This document shows, piece by piece, positions 24,240 to 38,369 of a DNA stretch of 64,000 bases; within the stretch, counting starts at the first letter, position 1, and every line of letters starts with the position of its first letter. This DNA is from Azolla caroliniana (Eukaryota; Plantae; Polypodiophyta). The translations under genes were made by a program, and so were the position numbers. The stretch lies in NCBI GenBank assembly GCA_043228905.1, contig JBHGNT010000006.1:18786001-18850000 (forward strand), given 5' to 3'. The notes below the pieces were generated by a model. It saw only the letters and a list, made by a program, of their open reading frames with translations, searched no databases and was not told the DNA's origin.

Positions 24240-26654
24240 TTAGCTAGGAAGGGAACACTTCTTTCTAATGATTCCATTATTTCCAGTAAGCACACCAAGT
24301 TGACTCAATTTTATCATTGACAGCTGGAATTGTTGGAAGAATTTAGTTTGGTCATTGGCATAGAGTTGCACAAGTTGAAGTGTGTCTGAAGCATTTAATA
24401 ACGCTGCATCAGAATGAAACACCGCAACTTTGTTTAACACATTCTTGTAGTAGTTATTGTCAAAAATGTCTTTAGTGATGAAATCCAAATGAGCAGTTAG
24501 AGCTCCAGGATTTTTTGAAGTATTTTGTTGAAGACAAATACGAGATAAGTTTGCAGCAAATGCTGGGTTCAAATCTGTAGAAACCACCGGAGTAAGTTGG
24601 AGATCTATTATTCTACAATGTGCTTGGCCAAATGTATGAGCACCTGTGGTATGGCAATAATGACAATTCATTAAAAAGTTATCGAAGAATATGAGAAACC
24701 TATATAAGTCATTGTCACTTACATTAAGGTGAATGTTTATAAGTAGCTCTAAGTTCAATATACTAATACTCATGTAAGGTTGAGTAGTAACTCTTAAGTT
24801 ACACATATTTAGATAAGAAAACATTCGGTATACATTGGACAACAAAACTTATATCATTTATTACCTGATAGTGCAACGAGGTCATTAACATCTAGGCTAT
24901 GGTTTTGAAATATTTGCTTGAGACCAGCATTGCTAAGAAAAGGTGAAGGAATGTTGGCAATAACAGTTTGATTTGTAGCAGCAATTTGGCTATCACGACG
25001 TCCGGTTAAAACTTTAACTTCTGGACCACCAACCTTATGAAGGGAAATATAGAAAAAAACAAATTAGGTATACATATATTGGTGTGCACCTAACATATTA
25101 CATACTTTCATGCACTCACTACATATATAATGAATAAGTTTTTTGAGCTCATAGTTATGCTTTTGTTATGTGTATTAACCAATCATTAATGACGTCTACT
25201 TGTGGTAGGAGTAGTGTGGATACAAAAAAGATACTTATCTACTACCATTGTTGTTGTTGATGTCAATGTTACTAATGTTACCAATACATTATGGAAAGAG
25301 GGGATTTACCAATTGAAGAGCAACTGTGGTGGATAGTGAAATAATGTCAGCACATGAAACGATGCCTGGACAAGCTGCCTCCAATTTTGTTTTAATATCT
25401 TCAATGATTTGTATAGATGATTCTCGCAAAGATGCATTATTTGGTGTTGCAATTTGCTCAGTAATTGGTTGTTTCAATAGAATTGAAGCATCGCAACCCT
25501 GCATTTGGTTAATTTTATATCGTTACCTCCAATACAATTGACATATTTAATTAATGTTGTGTATCGAGACGTTTTTCTATCTTATCAATTTCAATATGTT
25601 TACTAGTTTTTAGAAAAAAACTGATTCTATATTATTGATTATTAAATAAATTAGTTTGTTATAAGCAAAATACACATGGGTATACCCGTAAATGCACATA
25701 GGAGAGCTCCTCAACATATGTTAATGGCGAAACATAAACGTCAAGTTTCCTATATTATGTTTAATCTAATCATATCTTGAGGTTGAACATAACATCAAAG
25801 GGTGTGTCACATTTTGTGACATGAAAATAGTGTATGCACTAGAGAGCGTTCAAGACATGAAGCCATTATACCAGGTCCACGTATTGCTAACCCATGTTTG
25901 TATTAACCAACACACTTGACTAAAATGCACAAACTTTCTCTCAGATACAATGTGCTACCTTCAACCACATTCAAGTTTTCTTTCCATAGATTCTCAATCA
26001 CTTTGTAAACAGTGAACACATTCCTTTCAAAGCCATATTGTGCACTCTCTATTACAATGCATTTTTCTTTGCATTTAAGTGTATCTCATTAGGATATCAC
26101 TAGACTTGTCACAAACATATTCGAATTAGGAATCTTGAGTGCTAAATGTAATTATATTGCCATAATAATATATAGACAAAGAAATAAAGTTTGAAACACC
26201 TTAGCGACCCTCCTTAGTCTTACCATTGGCCATTAAAACCCCTTTTTTATGATAGCAACCACGTAAAATTTACATACGATTTCAATAAAACAAATTCAAT
26301 TGATTCATTTGCACTATATAATATAATGAAAAATGGACAACACTTATAATCCATTTCTACTAAAAGTTATGATGTATTTTAAAATGAGAACTTCACCTGT
26401 ACAAAGCAATCATGAAACATAATGCGAATGAGTCCAGCTGCTTCACTCGGGTTTTGACGAATCACAGATTGGATGTGTGATTGGATGATGGCGTTGGCCT
26501 GAGGGCAAGATGTCTTATAGAAATCAGGAACAAGGCCAGATACACTTCTAAATTGTCCCAAATTCGGATTGCCTTGGGTTGCACCGAATGTTTCATTTGG
26601 ACACATTAGAAGGAATGCAACAATAAGGCCAAAGTACATGGATTGGAAAGCCAT
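24240..26654 (-). CDS. Class III secretory heme peroxidase (339 aa, 4 exons)
   Basis: Exons 26654-26397, 25498-25310, 25033-24865, 24643-24240, all GT-AG and in frame; signal peptide; RIMFHDCFVQGCDASILL, CPGIVSCADI, GRRDS, LSGAHTFGQAHC, FDNNYY motifs. Confidence 0.96.
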
Positions 26655-29458
26655 GGAATTGAATAATACTACGATAGTGTCTTCCAAGAGTGATAAAAAT
26701 GATCCAACAAAGATGAAGGGAACTTAATAGGAAGAATTCACTAAGGTTAAATGATACTTAATACACAACTAAGTTTTGAGGTAAGTAAATGGACATTCAA
26801 CACTCTTGTATACCCAACTCTTTTGAGAAATTTCTTACAATCCTGCAAAAACAAAAGCAGAACCATTCAAATGATTTTATATTTTGAAGAACATAAATGA
26901 ATAAAATTGTGGTGGTATTGTAGTATCTCCATTCCATCAAAGACAAGGAGCTTCTCTAATTTAAGGTAAGCACTCAATGAGTAACTAACATTTTTTCATC
27001 AAACATTGATTGGGTTTGTAATTAATTTGTGTAATGAATAATTACCAAACAATGTTTTACATATCTGAGCTCTTAATTAGTATGAAATGTAATTGTGTAT
27101 GTGCAAACTTATTTCATTTCCATCTATTAGAAAAACTATGTGCATACCTTGAAAACAAAACATGAGGCTAGGCTTGCTCTCATAAAACGAGACTTGGGTT
27201 AAATATATATATATACATAGATCTTGTTCTAGATTCTCAACACATGGATTAAAAAAAAGTGTAAGATTTTAAAAAAAACTAGGATTTTATTTTTTGCTTG
27301 TCTTTTGCAAAGGAATAATATGGCTTTTATATTTATCATCAACTAACTAAATTCTACCTACTTGAGGAAACTTCAAAGTAAGGTCAAAAGGGCTATTCTA
27401 GTGGTTATGGTTTCTATTGTCTACCACATACATCGGGCTGGTTTTCAGCACACAATTATATTAGGATTGAACTAAATTTATCTTAAAGGAAGGTCATTGC
27501 ATGTGCTAGAATGGTCTAAACCTTAAGGTTCCTTTGATACATTTTCACTTAATATTATGCAACTGTTTTCATTTTCATGTTAAGTTGCAATGCATATGAT
27601 TCACCTAACACAATAATATCATATATCGTCTTATTTGTTTCAAAAGAAACCTTATAACATCGTGGCGACACTATTCCGAATTTTCTCTTTTAGAATCAAA
27701 ATTACTAATCTTAATTGTAGCGAGGGAAAATTGTCTATAAAAAAATCAAAGTTACCAACCTTAGAATAGGGGGATTTCCATTGGTAGGTAAACCTAACGA
27801 CATATATACATATTCGTTGGGTTTGAACATTAAATAAGAAAATGAACTATCATATTAGAATACCTGCATTATTATTTTACGCTCATAGTATGGAATCATC
27901 TTTTATTAATCACAACAAACATTATTGAACATGTTGATGTGCATTGTGTGCCATAGCCCCTTGTATAAGCTACTAGATACGATCATCTTTTATACATATA
28001 TTAATTTATCATCATTTATTTTATTAAAATGTATGTTTGCCTATGTGTTATTCAACATATAGTATCCAAAGAAAAATGTTACAAAGACATGTTTGGAAAT
28101 TATACTTCAAGATGTGAAACACAATTGACTTCACAAATTATTGAAATAATATGATAAGATGAATGAATACTAAAATTATCTATGCGATACTTCACATATG
28201 AAGGGATCTTTGAAGTGTTGCAAATTGGGAAAGTACAAATAAAGTAGACCTTTCCTCTCCATTTCCTTATACTTATCTTGACAAAACTAGCCTCTTTAAG
28301 CCTCCTTTCCTCCCTTCTATGCTTGGAGTAAACCACACTATGAACTTCATGCCTCCAAGGGCATTGGTATGAAGTAATGACAATGGTCATAGTGTACTAT
28401 CATTAAGCCTTAGGATATTATCAGCCATTAAATCCAAGATATGTGTTAGTTATATAGCCTAGGTGATAAAAACCTTAAGAAGTATCTTGATGTAATATAC
28501 GTAGAATTAAGAACCCATTATGTTTACAAATCTTGGTCATCGTGAAACACAAAGGTGAAGTTACCTTTTGGCTGTTTGGGCTCTCTAAATATTGAACAAT
28601 AATAAACCATCATGATTATAAACATTTTCTAGCATAATCTCTTCTCTCGTGGTTTGGGAGAGGTGTGGGCTCGTGTCTTATACATTTGTTTGCATTGAAA
28701 TACAAATAATATTATTCATCAAACATGAATTCCACACTCATCCATACAACAAATGTGTTTTACTATGACGTTTTGTCCAGTCAAGAAACAAACACTAAAA
28801 ACGTTATCGGACTTGAGGCCAGTTGAAGTTTGAAAACTCTCAGACCAGTTAAGGCTTAATCGGTTTGGTTTGGACAAGGCCAAACAGATTAAGTTGAACT
28901 CAAACCGTAGCCGATTCCTAGGTACTCACTTCCCATTGAGATCCTTGGGCACATGCATGAGATTAAAAAATCCTTCCCAATGAATTTCACGGAAAACTTG
29001 TAAAAATGACAAAATACACACAAAATCAAGACAACTACAAGGTATGCAAAAAGGGATACGTTATACTTGCTTCATGATGCCTCAAATGGTTTCTTGATCG
29101 ATGAGACTCTTTTGTAACATCACAAATTAGTGTTGGAATTGGACGTAGGAAACTCGCACTTACACACGTTATATTTACATATGTTGTTCCAAACTACAGA
29201 AGTGTGCGGAATAGCGCTAGGCCACAACCGAGTTTCAAACTCACAATGGAAGAAATATACAGAAAATAGCAATGCACTTACACAGACAACAGAGACGACA
29301 CCGAATGTTTACGTGGAAAACCCTAATCGGGAAAAACCACGGGAGCCCACAGACTCCAGCTATCACTATGAGAGGAAGGGTACAATGAGAGACTCAGAGG
29401 CAACGACCTCGAGCTCTATCTTCGCCTACCGACGGTTACAACAGAACAACTTTGTCTC

Positions 29459-29461
<3 letters not shown>

Positions 29462-29515
<54 letters not shown>
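29462..29515. repeat. (GT)n microsatellite in the copia B 3' LTR
   Basis: Seen directly. Confidence 0.97.
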
Positions 29516-29517
<2 letters not shown>

Positions 29518-30193
29518 CACAAGGATGATAATAGCAACAATTATAATGATGATCTACATCCCAAAAAGTGTAACTACCCTAGTTATATTTATACTTATAT
29601 AACTTTGGGGGCTATTTACAAATATGACCTCAATGGTCACGTCTGAACATATTTACTAATATGTTCCTATTTGTTGGTTTATACCGGATCTAGCCGGACT
29701 CCTTCCGACTCGTCTGGTTCTCATCCGAATCCCATCTAGAAGGACCTCTTTCCCAATAAACTCCCCCTACACCCCGACATGGGATGTCTCGTTAGTCTGA
29801 TCCGTCTCTGGCACATGTCCAACTTGTCGGGTGACAGCCCCTTGGTCAACATGTCTGACATGTTCTCCTCCATATGGATCTTCGTTAGTGAAAACTTTAA
29901 GTTATCTTCTACCTTCTCCCAAAGCTAGTGATATCTCCTCTAGATGTGCTTGGTGCGGGAATGGTAGGCTGCGTTCTTTGCAAGGAGGATGGCACTTTGA
30001 CTATCGTAGTAGACCCGATATTCCTCCTATCGGATACCTAGCTCCCCAATATAGTCCTTCATCCAAATTACTTCCTTGATGGCTTCCACGGAGGCCATGT
30101 ACTCCGCTTTCATTGTCGATAGTGCAACGAACTTCTGCAGCCTCGATTGCCACGATACGGCTCCTCCTGCATATGTCATGACATATCCGGATG

Positions 30194-33100
30194 TGTTGAG
30201 AAGCAAGCTCAAAAAAGGTATGTGATGCTTATTGAGAAATAAGCTATAGTAGTTATTAGCTAATTAGCTACTAGTGGACATAAAGGTGAAAAAGCTAATT
30301 AGCTACAGATAGCTAATTAGCTACTAGCAGCTTATTAGCTGCATATATAAGTCACTTATATACTTAAGTAAAAAGTAAGTGTAGTAAGTAGAAAATAGAG
30401 TAAGAGTGAGAGTAGAGAGAAGAAGAACAGAAAACAGAAAACTGACGAGAGCGAGTTGAGCTCTGTGTGTAATGAAATAGAAGAAGCTTTTTGGTTTGCT
30501 ACACAGAGGTAAGTCTCCTTCCCCTTCCTTTCTATCTTGAGCACTAAACGATCTAGCACATCACGATCCGTTGTGCACACAAAAGATCCATAGTGCCTTC
30601 GTAACATGGTATCAGAGATGAGTTGCTCATAAAGAAGATCAGAACAGTACAGATCTGAGAAGTTTGTTTCTAGTTGCTGATCTGAATCAGAGAGAGAGTT
30701 GTCTGTGAAGTTTACCCTAATTGAAAGAGTGAATGGTTGCTGAGAATGGAAGCCAAATAGTCACAGAAAAATTGGACAAAAATAATTTCCCTGTGTGGAA
30801 ATTCAGAATGACAAATTTCCTGATGGGAAAAGGATATTGGGATTATATTGACGGAGACCTAGAAGAGGCTCCAGAGATCCCTGAAGAAAATGCAACTATT
30901 GCACACATTAAAGCATTTAAGGAATGGAATCAAGGGGCAAGGAAAGTATTGCATTGACTCTCACTTAGCATCTCGGATTTGATGCTTGGACACATACAGG
31001 ATGTTATGCTTCCAAAAGAAGCTTGGGACAGTTTAGTAAAATTGTTTGCAGTGAACACAAAGGCTAGAAAGCTTCAATTGAAGACCGAGCTAAATACCTT
31101 GGAAAAAGGTAAGATGTCAATGAATGAGTATGCTCTGAAAATAAAGAGCATATGTGAATAACTTGCTTCTATCAATGTGAAGGTAGAAGATGATGATAAG
31201 GTGAAAATATGCTTAAGAGGTTTGGGACCTCAATATAAAAGCTTCAAAACATCTATCCTCAAAAGGGATAGCATCCCAAGTTTTCCAGATCTGGTTTCAA
31301 TGCTTGTAGTGGAAGAAAGAAATCAGATGGATTATGTAAACAAAGGAAACTCTAAGACTGAGGGGCAAGCTCTCTACAATAGTGCTGGAAGAGGCCGAGG
31401 AAGAGGCCATGGAAGATTTGGTTCAGCTAGAACCAACAACAATTATCAAGGAAGAGGACAATAGGTTGTTACTGGAAGAAACAACATCAGAGGAACTAGA
31501 ATAAAATGTTTAAGATCTAATGGAGGAGGAGAATACTTCTCAAATGAATTTTCTGATTTTCTATGCAATCAAGGGATAAGGAGACAGTTCATATGTAGAA
31601 ATACTCCACAGTAAAATGGAGTTGCTGAGAGAAAAAACAGAACTCTGGTGAACATAGCAAGAGCCATGATGACTGAAAAAAATATGCCATTGTACTACTG
31701 GGTAGAAGCTGTAAACACAACAAATTATATTCTAAATAGATGTATAACATTTGGAGTGCATGAAGTAACTCCTGAAGAATGTTTCTATGGCAGGAAGCCT
31801 AGTTTAGAACACTTAAAAGTGTTTGGATGCCTTGCTTATGTTCATGTACCTACTGAAGTGAGAAGTAAGCTTGATCCAAAAGCTGAAAAATGTGTCTTTG
31901 TTGGATATTCAGAGGAGCAAAAAGGGTATAGATGCTATAAACCTGTGACAAAAAAGATTGTGGTAAGCCATGCTGTAATATGTGATGAGTTGGGCAGCTG
32001 GTACAACCCAAAAGGAAATGTAGAAACTGATGAAGACTGTGAAAATGAAGACAGAGAAAAATCTGAAAATGGAAGAGATTGCCATGGAGATGGAAACAAT
32101 GTTGGACAACAAAGTTCCACATCAATGGAATGTATTGGACCATCTGGAAGCTCAAGTAGTAAATTTGAATCTAATGCTTGGAGTAGAAAGAATGCAAGAC
32201 AAAAAAAATATGATGATAGAAAGGGAAAACTGAAGATGCCAGAATATGAAATGCTTGATGATGGGTCTAGAAACATGGAAGATGTAGATTCAGATACATC
32301 ATTGGATGATAAGCTTGGTATAGGAGCCTTGAAAATCCCTGGTATGGAAAAGGCAATGAAAGATGCAAATCAGAAACTGAGAAGATCAGATAGAGAGAAA
32401 AAGATTGTTGAAAGATTTGGTTATGATACATATATGGCTATGCATTATGCATACATTTCTAAAATGGTACGAATTCCTTATCCAAATAGTTTTGATGAAG
32501 CAAAATCTGAAAAAGAAATGGGTGAATGCAATGCAAGAAGAAATAGATGCATTGGTTGAAAATAGAACATGGGATTTGGTAAAGTTACCAAAAGGAAAAT
32601 ATGTTGTAGGTTGCAAATGGGTCTACAAGACAAAGCAAGATTCCAATGGAAATGTTAGTAGACATAAAGCAAGATTTGTGGCAAAGGGATATGCCCAGAT
32701 GCAAGGTATTGATTATGATGAAACATTTGCACCGGTTGCAAAGATGGCAACATTGAGAACACTACTTGTTGTGAGTGCAGCCAAAAGATGGGTTATGCAC
32801 CATATGGATGTAAAAAATGCTTTTTTACACAGTAACTTAGAAGAAGAAGTGTATATGTGTCAACCACCAGGTGTTGAAGATAAGAAGCATCCAAAATATG
32901 TATGTTGGCTGAAAAAGGCTCTCTATGGATTGAAACAAGCACCAAGGGCATGACATAAAGAACTTTCAGAATCTCTAAAAAACTTTGCTTTCAAAATGTC
33001 AAAGGTTGATCCATCATTGTATGTAAAAAGGATAAATGATTGTATTGTTGTTATCTTGATTTATGTTGATGACTTAATCATTGGAGGTGATTCCATGGAT

Positions 33101-34489
33101 GAAATAAGAAAGTTGAAAAAACATCTGGAAATGCAACTTCATATGAAGGATTTGGGAGAGCTGAGATACTTTCTTGGCATTGAGATGATTAGATTTGAAA
33201 GTGGTATATATATGTTGCAAAAACAGTATGCAACAACTATGTTGAAGAAGTATGCTTGAATGCAAACCTATTGGTATACCACTAGATAAGAACTGCAAAT
33301 TGAGGGCTGATTTGGGGGTCAAAATAGAATATGTAAACATGTAGAGGTCTATGGTGGGCAGCCTCATATATTTGACCATAACAAGACCTGATTTGAGTTA
33401 TGTCGTTGGATTAGTCAACCAGTTTATGCAACAGCCAACAAAGCCACACTTGGACTGCATTAGAAGAATCTTGAGGTATATAAAAGCTACTTAGAACTAT
33501 GGATTGTTTTACAAGGTTGATCTGGACATAAAACTGGAAGGATATACAGATGTTGATTGGGCTGGAAGCCGAACTAACAGAAGATCCACAAGTGGATATA
33601 TTTTCACATCGGGAAGTGCAACTATTTCATGGAGTAGCAAGAAACAAGCTACTGTTGCACTATCAAGTACTGAAGCTGAATATAGAGGAGCTGCAATAGC
33701 TACCTGTGAAGAGGTATGGATCAGAAGATTGCTTTCTGATTTGGGAGAATATATAGATGGTGTTGTCACAATTTGGTGTGACAATATGAGCAGCATTCAG
33801 TTGGCAAAAAACCTAGTGTTCCATGCAAGAACAAAGCACATTGCAGTGCATTATCACTTTGTTAGAGAAAAAGTGATTAGTGGAGAAGTGGATCTATTGT
33901 ATGTAAGTACAAATCAGCAAGTGGTTGATATACTTACGAAGGGATTGAGCATGGAAAAACATACACAGTTTAGAGACATGATGGGAGTTATAACCATCAC
34001 TATGATAGCTAAAAAGCATGAAGGAAAGAAGACTGAAGATGACCTCAAGAAAGGATAAGTTGAGCTTGAGGGGGAGTGTTGAGAAGCAAGCTCAACAAAG
34101 GTATGTGATGCTTATTGAGAAATAAGCTATAGTAGCTATTAGCTAATTACCTACTAGTGGACATAAAGGTGAAACAACTATTTAGCTACAGACAACTAAT
34201 TAGCTATTGGTAGCTTATTAGCTGCATATATAAGTCACTTATATACTTAGGTAAAAAGTAAGTGTAGTAAGTAGAAAATAGAGTAAGAGTGAGAGTAGAG
34301 GGAAGAAGAACAGAAAACAGAAAACTGACGAGAGCGAGTTGAGCTCTGTGTGTAATGAAATAGAATAAGCTTTTTGGTTTGCTACATAGAGGTAAGTCTC
34401 CTTCCCCTTCCTTTCTATCTTGAGCACTAAACGATCCAGCACATCACAATCCGTTGTGCACACAGAAGAGCCGTAGTGCCTTCGTAACA
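30194..34489 (+). mobile_element. Ty1/copia element (copia C) nested in the RNase H region of copia B
   Basis: 413-bp LTRs 30194-30606 and 34077-34489; TSD GGATG; PBS 30607-30617; PPT GAGGGGGAG; gag, integrase, RT (YVDDL) and RH (ARTKHI) fragments; protease and integrase N-terminus deleted near 31500. Confidence 0.97.
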
Positions 34490-37400
34490 GGATGTAGACC
34501 GGCTGGTATCCGCGTTAGTCGACATATCCGAATCTGTGAATCCTTCAAGTTGGGGTTTACTTGAGCCGTATCGGAGGCACAGGCTTGAGGTGCCTTTCAG
34601 GTGATGGTTTCCCAATGGTCCTTTCCCGGATTGCTCATGAACTGACTGACCACTCCGACTACATATCCAATATCCGGTCTTGTGCACACCATTGCATACA
34701 TGAGGCTTCCGACTGCAGAGGCATACAATACCTTCATCATTTCCAACTTCTTTGCCTTTGTCTTCGGGCATTGCTTTCCGGACAGTTTGCAGTTTGTCAG
34801 AAGTGTTGACCTGACTGGCTTCGCATCCATCATGTTGAATTGTTGGAGCACCTTTGTCGTGTACTTCTCCTGTGACAACCACAACAACTTCTTCACCCGG
34901 TCCCGGATTATGTGCATCCCAAGGATCTGCCTCGCCGAACCCATATCTTTGATTGAGAAGGACCAGCTGAGGGCCTTCTTCAGCATTCCGATTTTGATAC
35001 GGTCTCGTCCGATGATCAACATGTCATCCACATACAACAATAGTATCAGGAAGTGTCCTCCATCAAACTTCTTCACGAATATGCATTGGTCGGTTTGCGT
35101 CTTGTGGTATCCTTGATTGCTCATGAAGGAGTCAAACTTCCAGTACCATTGCCGGGGGGCTTGCTTTAGTTCGTATAAGCTCTTTTGCAACTGGCACACC
35201 AAGTTTTCCTTCCCTTTCTTGACAAAACATTCCGGTTGTTGCATGTAGATCTCTTCTTCGAGGTCGCCATGTAGGAATGTCGTCTTGACATCTAGTTGCT
35301 CTACCTCGAGGTCCATGCTTGTCGCTATGCTCAACACCGTCCGGATGGATGTCATCATGACTACTGGGGTGAATATCTCGTCGAAATCCACTCCTTTCTT
35401 CTGTTGAAACCCCTTCACCATGACTCGGGCTTTGTATCTTGGTGGATTTCTTGCATCTCCTGGTTTCAACTTGTATACTCACTTGTTCCAGAGCACACTC
35501 TTTCCCTTTGGCAACTCCATCAATTCATATGTGTGGTTCTCATGCAAGGAATCCATCTCATCCTACATGGCACTTAACCACTTGCAGTTGTGGGTGTCTT
35601 TCATTTCTTCTTCGAAGCTTTTTGGCTCCCCCTCCTCAGTCAATAAGACATGCTCTGCATCCAGAAATCTTTGGGGGGGCCTTCTCTCTCTCAGAGGCTA
35701 TCTCCGTCCTTGGTTTCCGACCACCGGTTCCTTCGTTTGTTCTTCATCTGAATCCAATTTGGGGTCTTGTCCAATTCCGGTGTCCAATTCTTCTTCTTCG
35801 GTCAATTCGGTTTCTTGTCTGAATGCGGCCAGTCCTTCGAGTTTCATCCGGCTTTCATCTGGATGGGTCCTTGTATCTTCTTACCAATCTTTGTCGGTTG
35901 ACCCGGACCGGAGTCCACTATCTTCTTCTCCGACTCCCAGTCGGCCATGTTCTTGTCTTCCATGAAGACCATGTCTCGACTCCGGAAGACCTTCTTGTCG
36001 ACCATATCCCGCACTCGGTAGCCGAACTCATCATCACCATATCCAAGGAATATGCATGGCTGGGACTTCGGATCCAACTTTGCTCTCTTGTCCTCTGCAA
36101 CATGCACATAAGCGAGACAGCCGAACACCTTCAAATGCCGATAAGACATGTCTTTACCGGTCCATACTCTCTGTGGTGTGTCTCCATCCAAGGGTCCTAA
36201 GGGTGATCTGTTTATCACCTAGGTCGCTGTCATTAGCGCCTCGGCCCAAAATGTCTTGGACAACCTAGCATGTGCAAGCATGCTTCGGACTCTCTCCATC
36301 ACAGTTCGGTTCATCCTTTTGGCCAATCCGTTCAGCTTTGGTGTCTTTGGCACAATGAATTCAAGCCGGATTCCCATCGACTGGCAGTACTCGTTGAACT
36401 GCCCCCGGTATTCTCCTCCGTTGTCCGCTCAAACAGACTTCAGCTTTTGGCCGGTTTCCCTTTCCACCCTCGCGTGGAATTCCTTGAAGAAGGATAATAC
36501 ATGGTCCTTCGTCTTCAGCGGTGAGACCCACAGCTTCCGGTTGTGGTCGTCTATGAACGTCACGAAGTACTGCGATCTAGCATGTGACTTCCTATCCCCT
36601 TGGCATACATCGGTATGCACAAGTTCCAACGGTGCATTCCACCTCGACGGTGGTCGGATTCATAAGGAGGTTTAGTTCTGCTTGCCAGCCAAGCAATCGA
36701 TGCGCTTCTCAAGATGCACGTCTTTCACTTCTGGAATGAGGTTATCTTTGGCAAGTCTTTGCATCCCTTTCTGGCTCATGTGACACAACCTCTTGTGCCA
36801 CAACTCACCGTAGTGTTGGATACCATGTTCACTTCTTCCCGGCATATCCGGGCATGCATCAAATACAACATGTTGATCTTCCGAGCATGCATCAGGTACA
36901 ACATGATGATCTTCCAGGCTCGGGCCACGATCAAGCTTCCTCTACAAAACTTCATGACTCCGTTCCAAATGCTACCCGTGTAGCCTTCATCATCTAGCTG
37001 TCTGACTAATATCAGGTTCAACCGAACCTCCGGAACATGTCATACATCTTTCAGCAGCGACTTGCACCCGATTGATGTAGTCAACCACACGTCTCCTATG
37101 CCGACAACTCGGCATGCACGTATCTGGAAAAAACCGTGATCTCCAGCTCTATAAGATGAGAAGCACTTCCGGCCGGGGGTCGGATAGAACGATGCGTTGG
37201 AGTCGACCACGCAACAACTCTTCTTCACTTGTCATGATTTTCAATGTTCCTCTCCTTTCCGAAATCTTCTTCGGTTTCGGAATGTTGACTCCCCTTTTGG
37301 ATTTTCGGAAGTGTCGCCAATTCTTCTAGAAGTGCCCCGAATTTCTGCAATAAAAGCAAGTGGGCCTCCCCCTTGACTTCGACCTCGTCCCCGATTTGTC

Positions 37401-38327
37401 CTGGTTCTAGGGACTCCAATTCCGGCCTCTTCCCCGGTTATGGTTGGCTTCCATAACCAAGGCCTTCAGATCAATTCCGGATTCATAGTCCTTTCGACAC
37501 GCTTTTTCGTTTAGCAAACTTGACTTAACTCTTGCCAGGGATAAGTTCTTTCCCTCTGGTCCGGCATTGCACAGAGTGACAACCAATGTCTCCCAGCGAT
37601 CCGGGAGGGATCCGAGAAATAACAGTGCTAGTACCTCATCAGCTAACGGTACTTCGAGCGAAGTAGTCTGGTTTATCAACCCTTGGAAGGCGTTCATATG
37701 CTCTGTCATGTTGGCGCCGTCTTGATACCGGAGCCTCACTATCTTCAGGAATACCAAGATCCAATTTATGGCATTCTTGTTCTCCAACATCGTGCCGATC
37801 TTCTCCCAAAGCTCATTTTCCTTGTTCTCTTCATTAAAGTTATTGTACAAGTTCATGTTGATGAAGCATCGAATGTATGTCGTTGTTTTCCTGTGCATTA
37901 GTTCCCAGGTTGTGGCATTGATCTTGTTTGGTCTTTTGTCTCCAAACTGTACCGGCAGCCAGAGATCTTTAACCACCAACATGTCCCTCATCTTTGACTT
38001 CCACATTGGATAGTTGGAGCCGGTGAGCTTGAACATGCCGCCAAATGGATCTTCCATGCTCTGATACCAGATTGTGCGGAATAGCGCTCGACCACAACCG
38101 AGTCTCAAACTCACAATGGAAGAAATAAATAGAAAATAACAATGCACTTACGCAAACAATAGAGACGGCACCGAATATTTACGTGGAAAACCCTAATCGA
38201 TAAAAACCATAGAAGCCCACGGACTCCAACTATCACTATGAGAAGAAGGGTACAATGAGAGACTAAGAGGCAACAACCTCGAGCTCTATCTTCGCCTACC
38301 AGCGGTTACAACAGAACAACTTATGCG

Positions 38328-38330
<3 letters not shown>

Positions 38331-38366
<36 letters not shown>
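38331..38366. repeat. (CT)n microsatellite in the copia B 5' LTR
   Basis: Seen directly. Confidence 0.97.

Positions 38367-38369
<3 letters not shown>

Noticed and set aside
28802-28921. Second hAT-like element (CGGTTTGGTTTGG, ends CCGATTCCTA)
   Set aside because: Only one possible end, with no matching TIR or TSD.
29130-29646. ORFs with VCVCVC runs (also LSLSLS at 40114-40449 and the ORFs at 57686-58216)
   Set aside because: Translations of microsatellites and LTR or UTR sequence.
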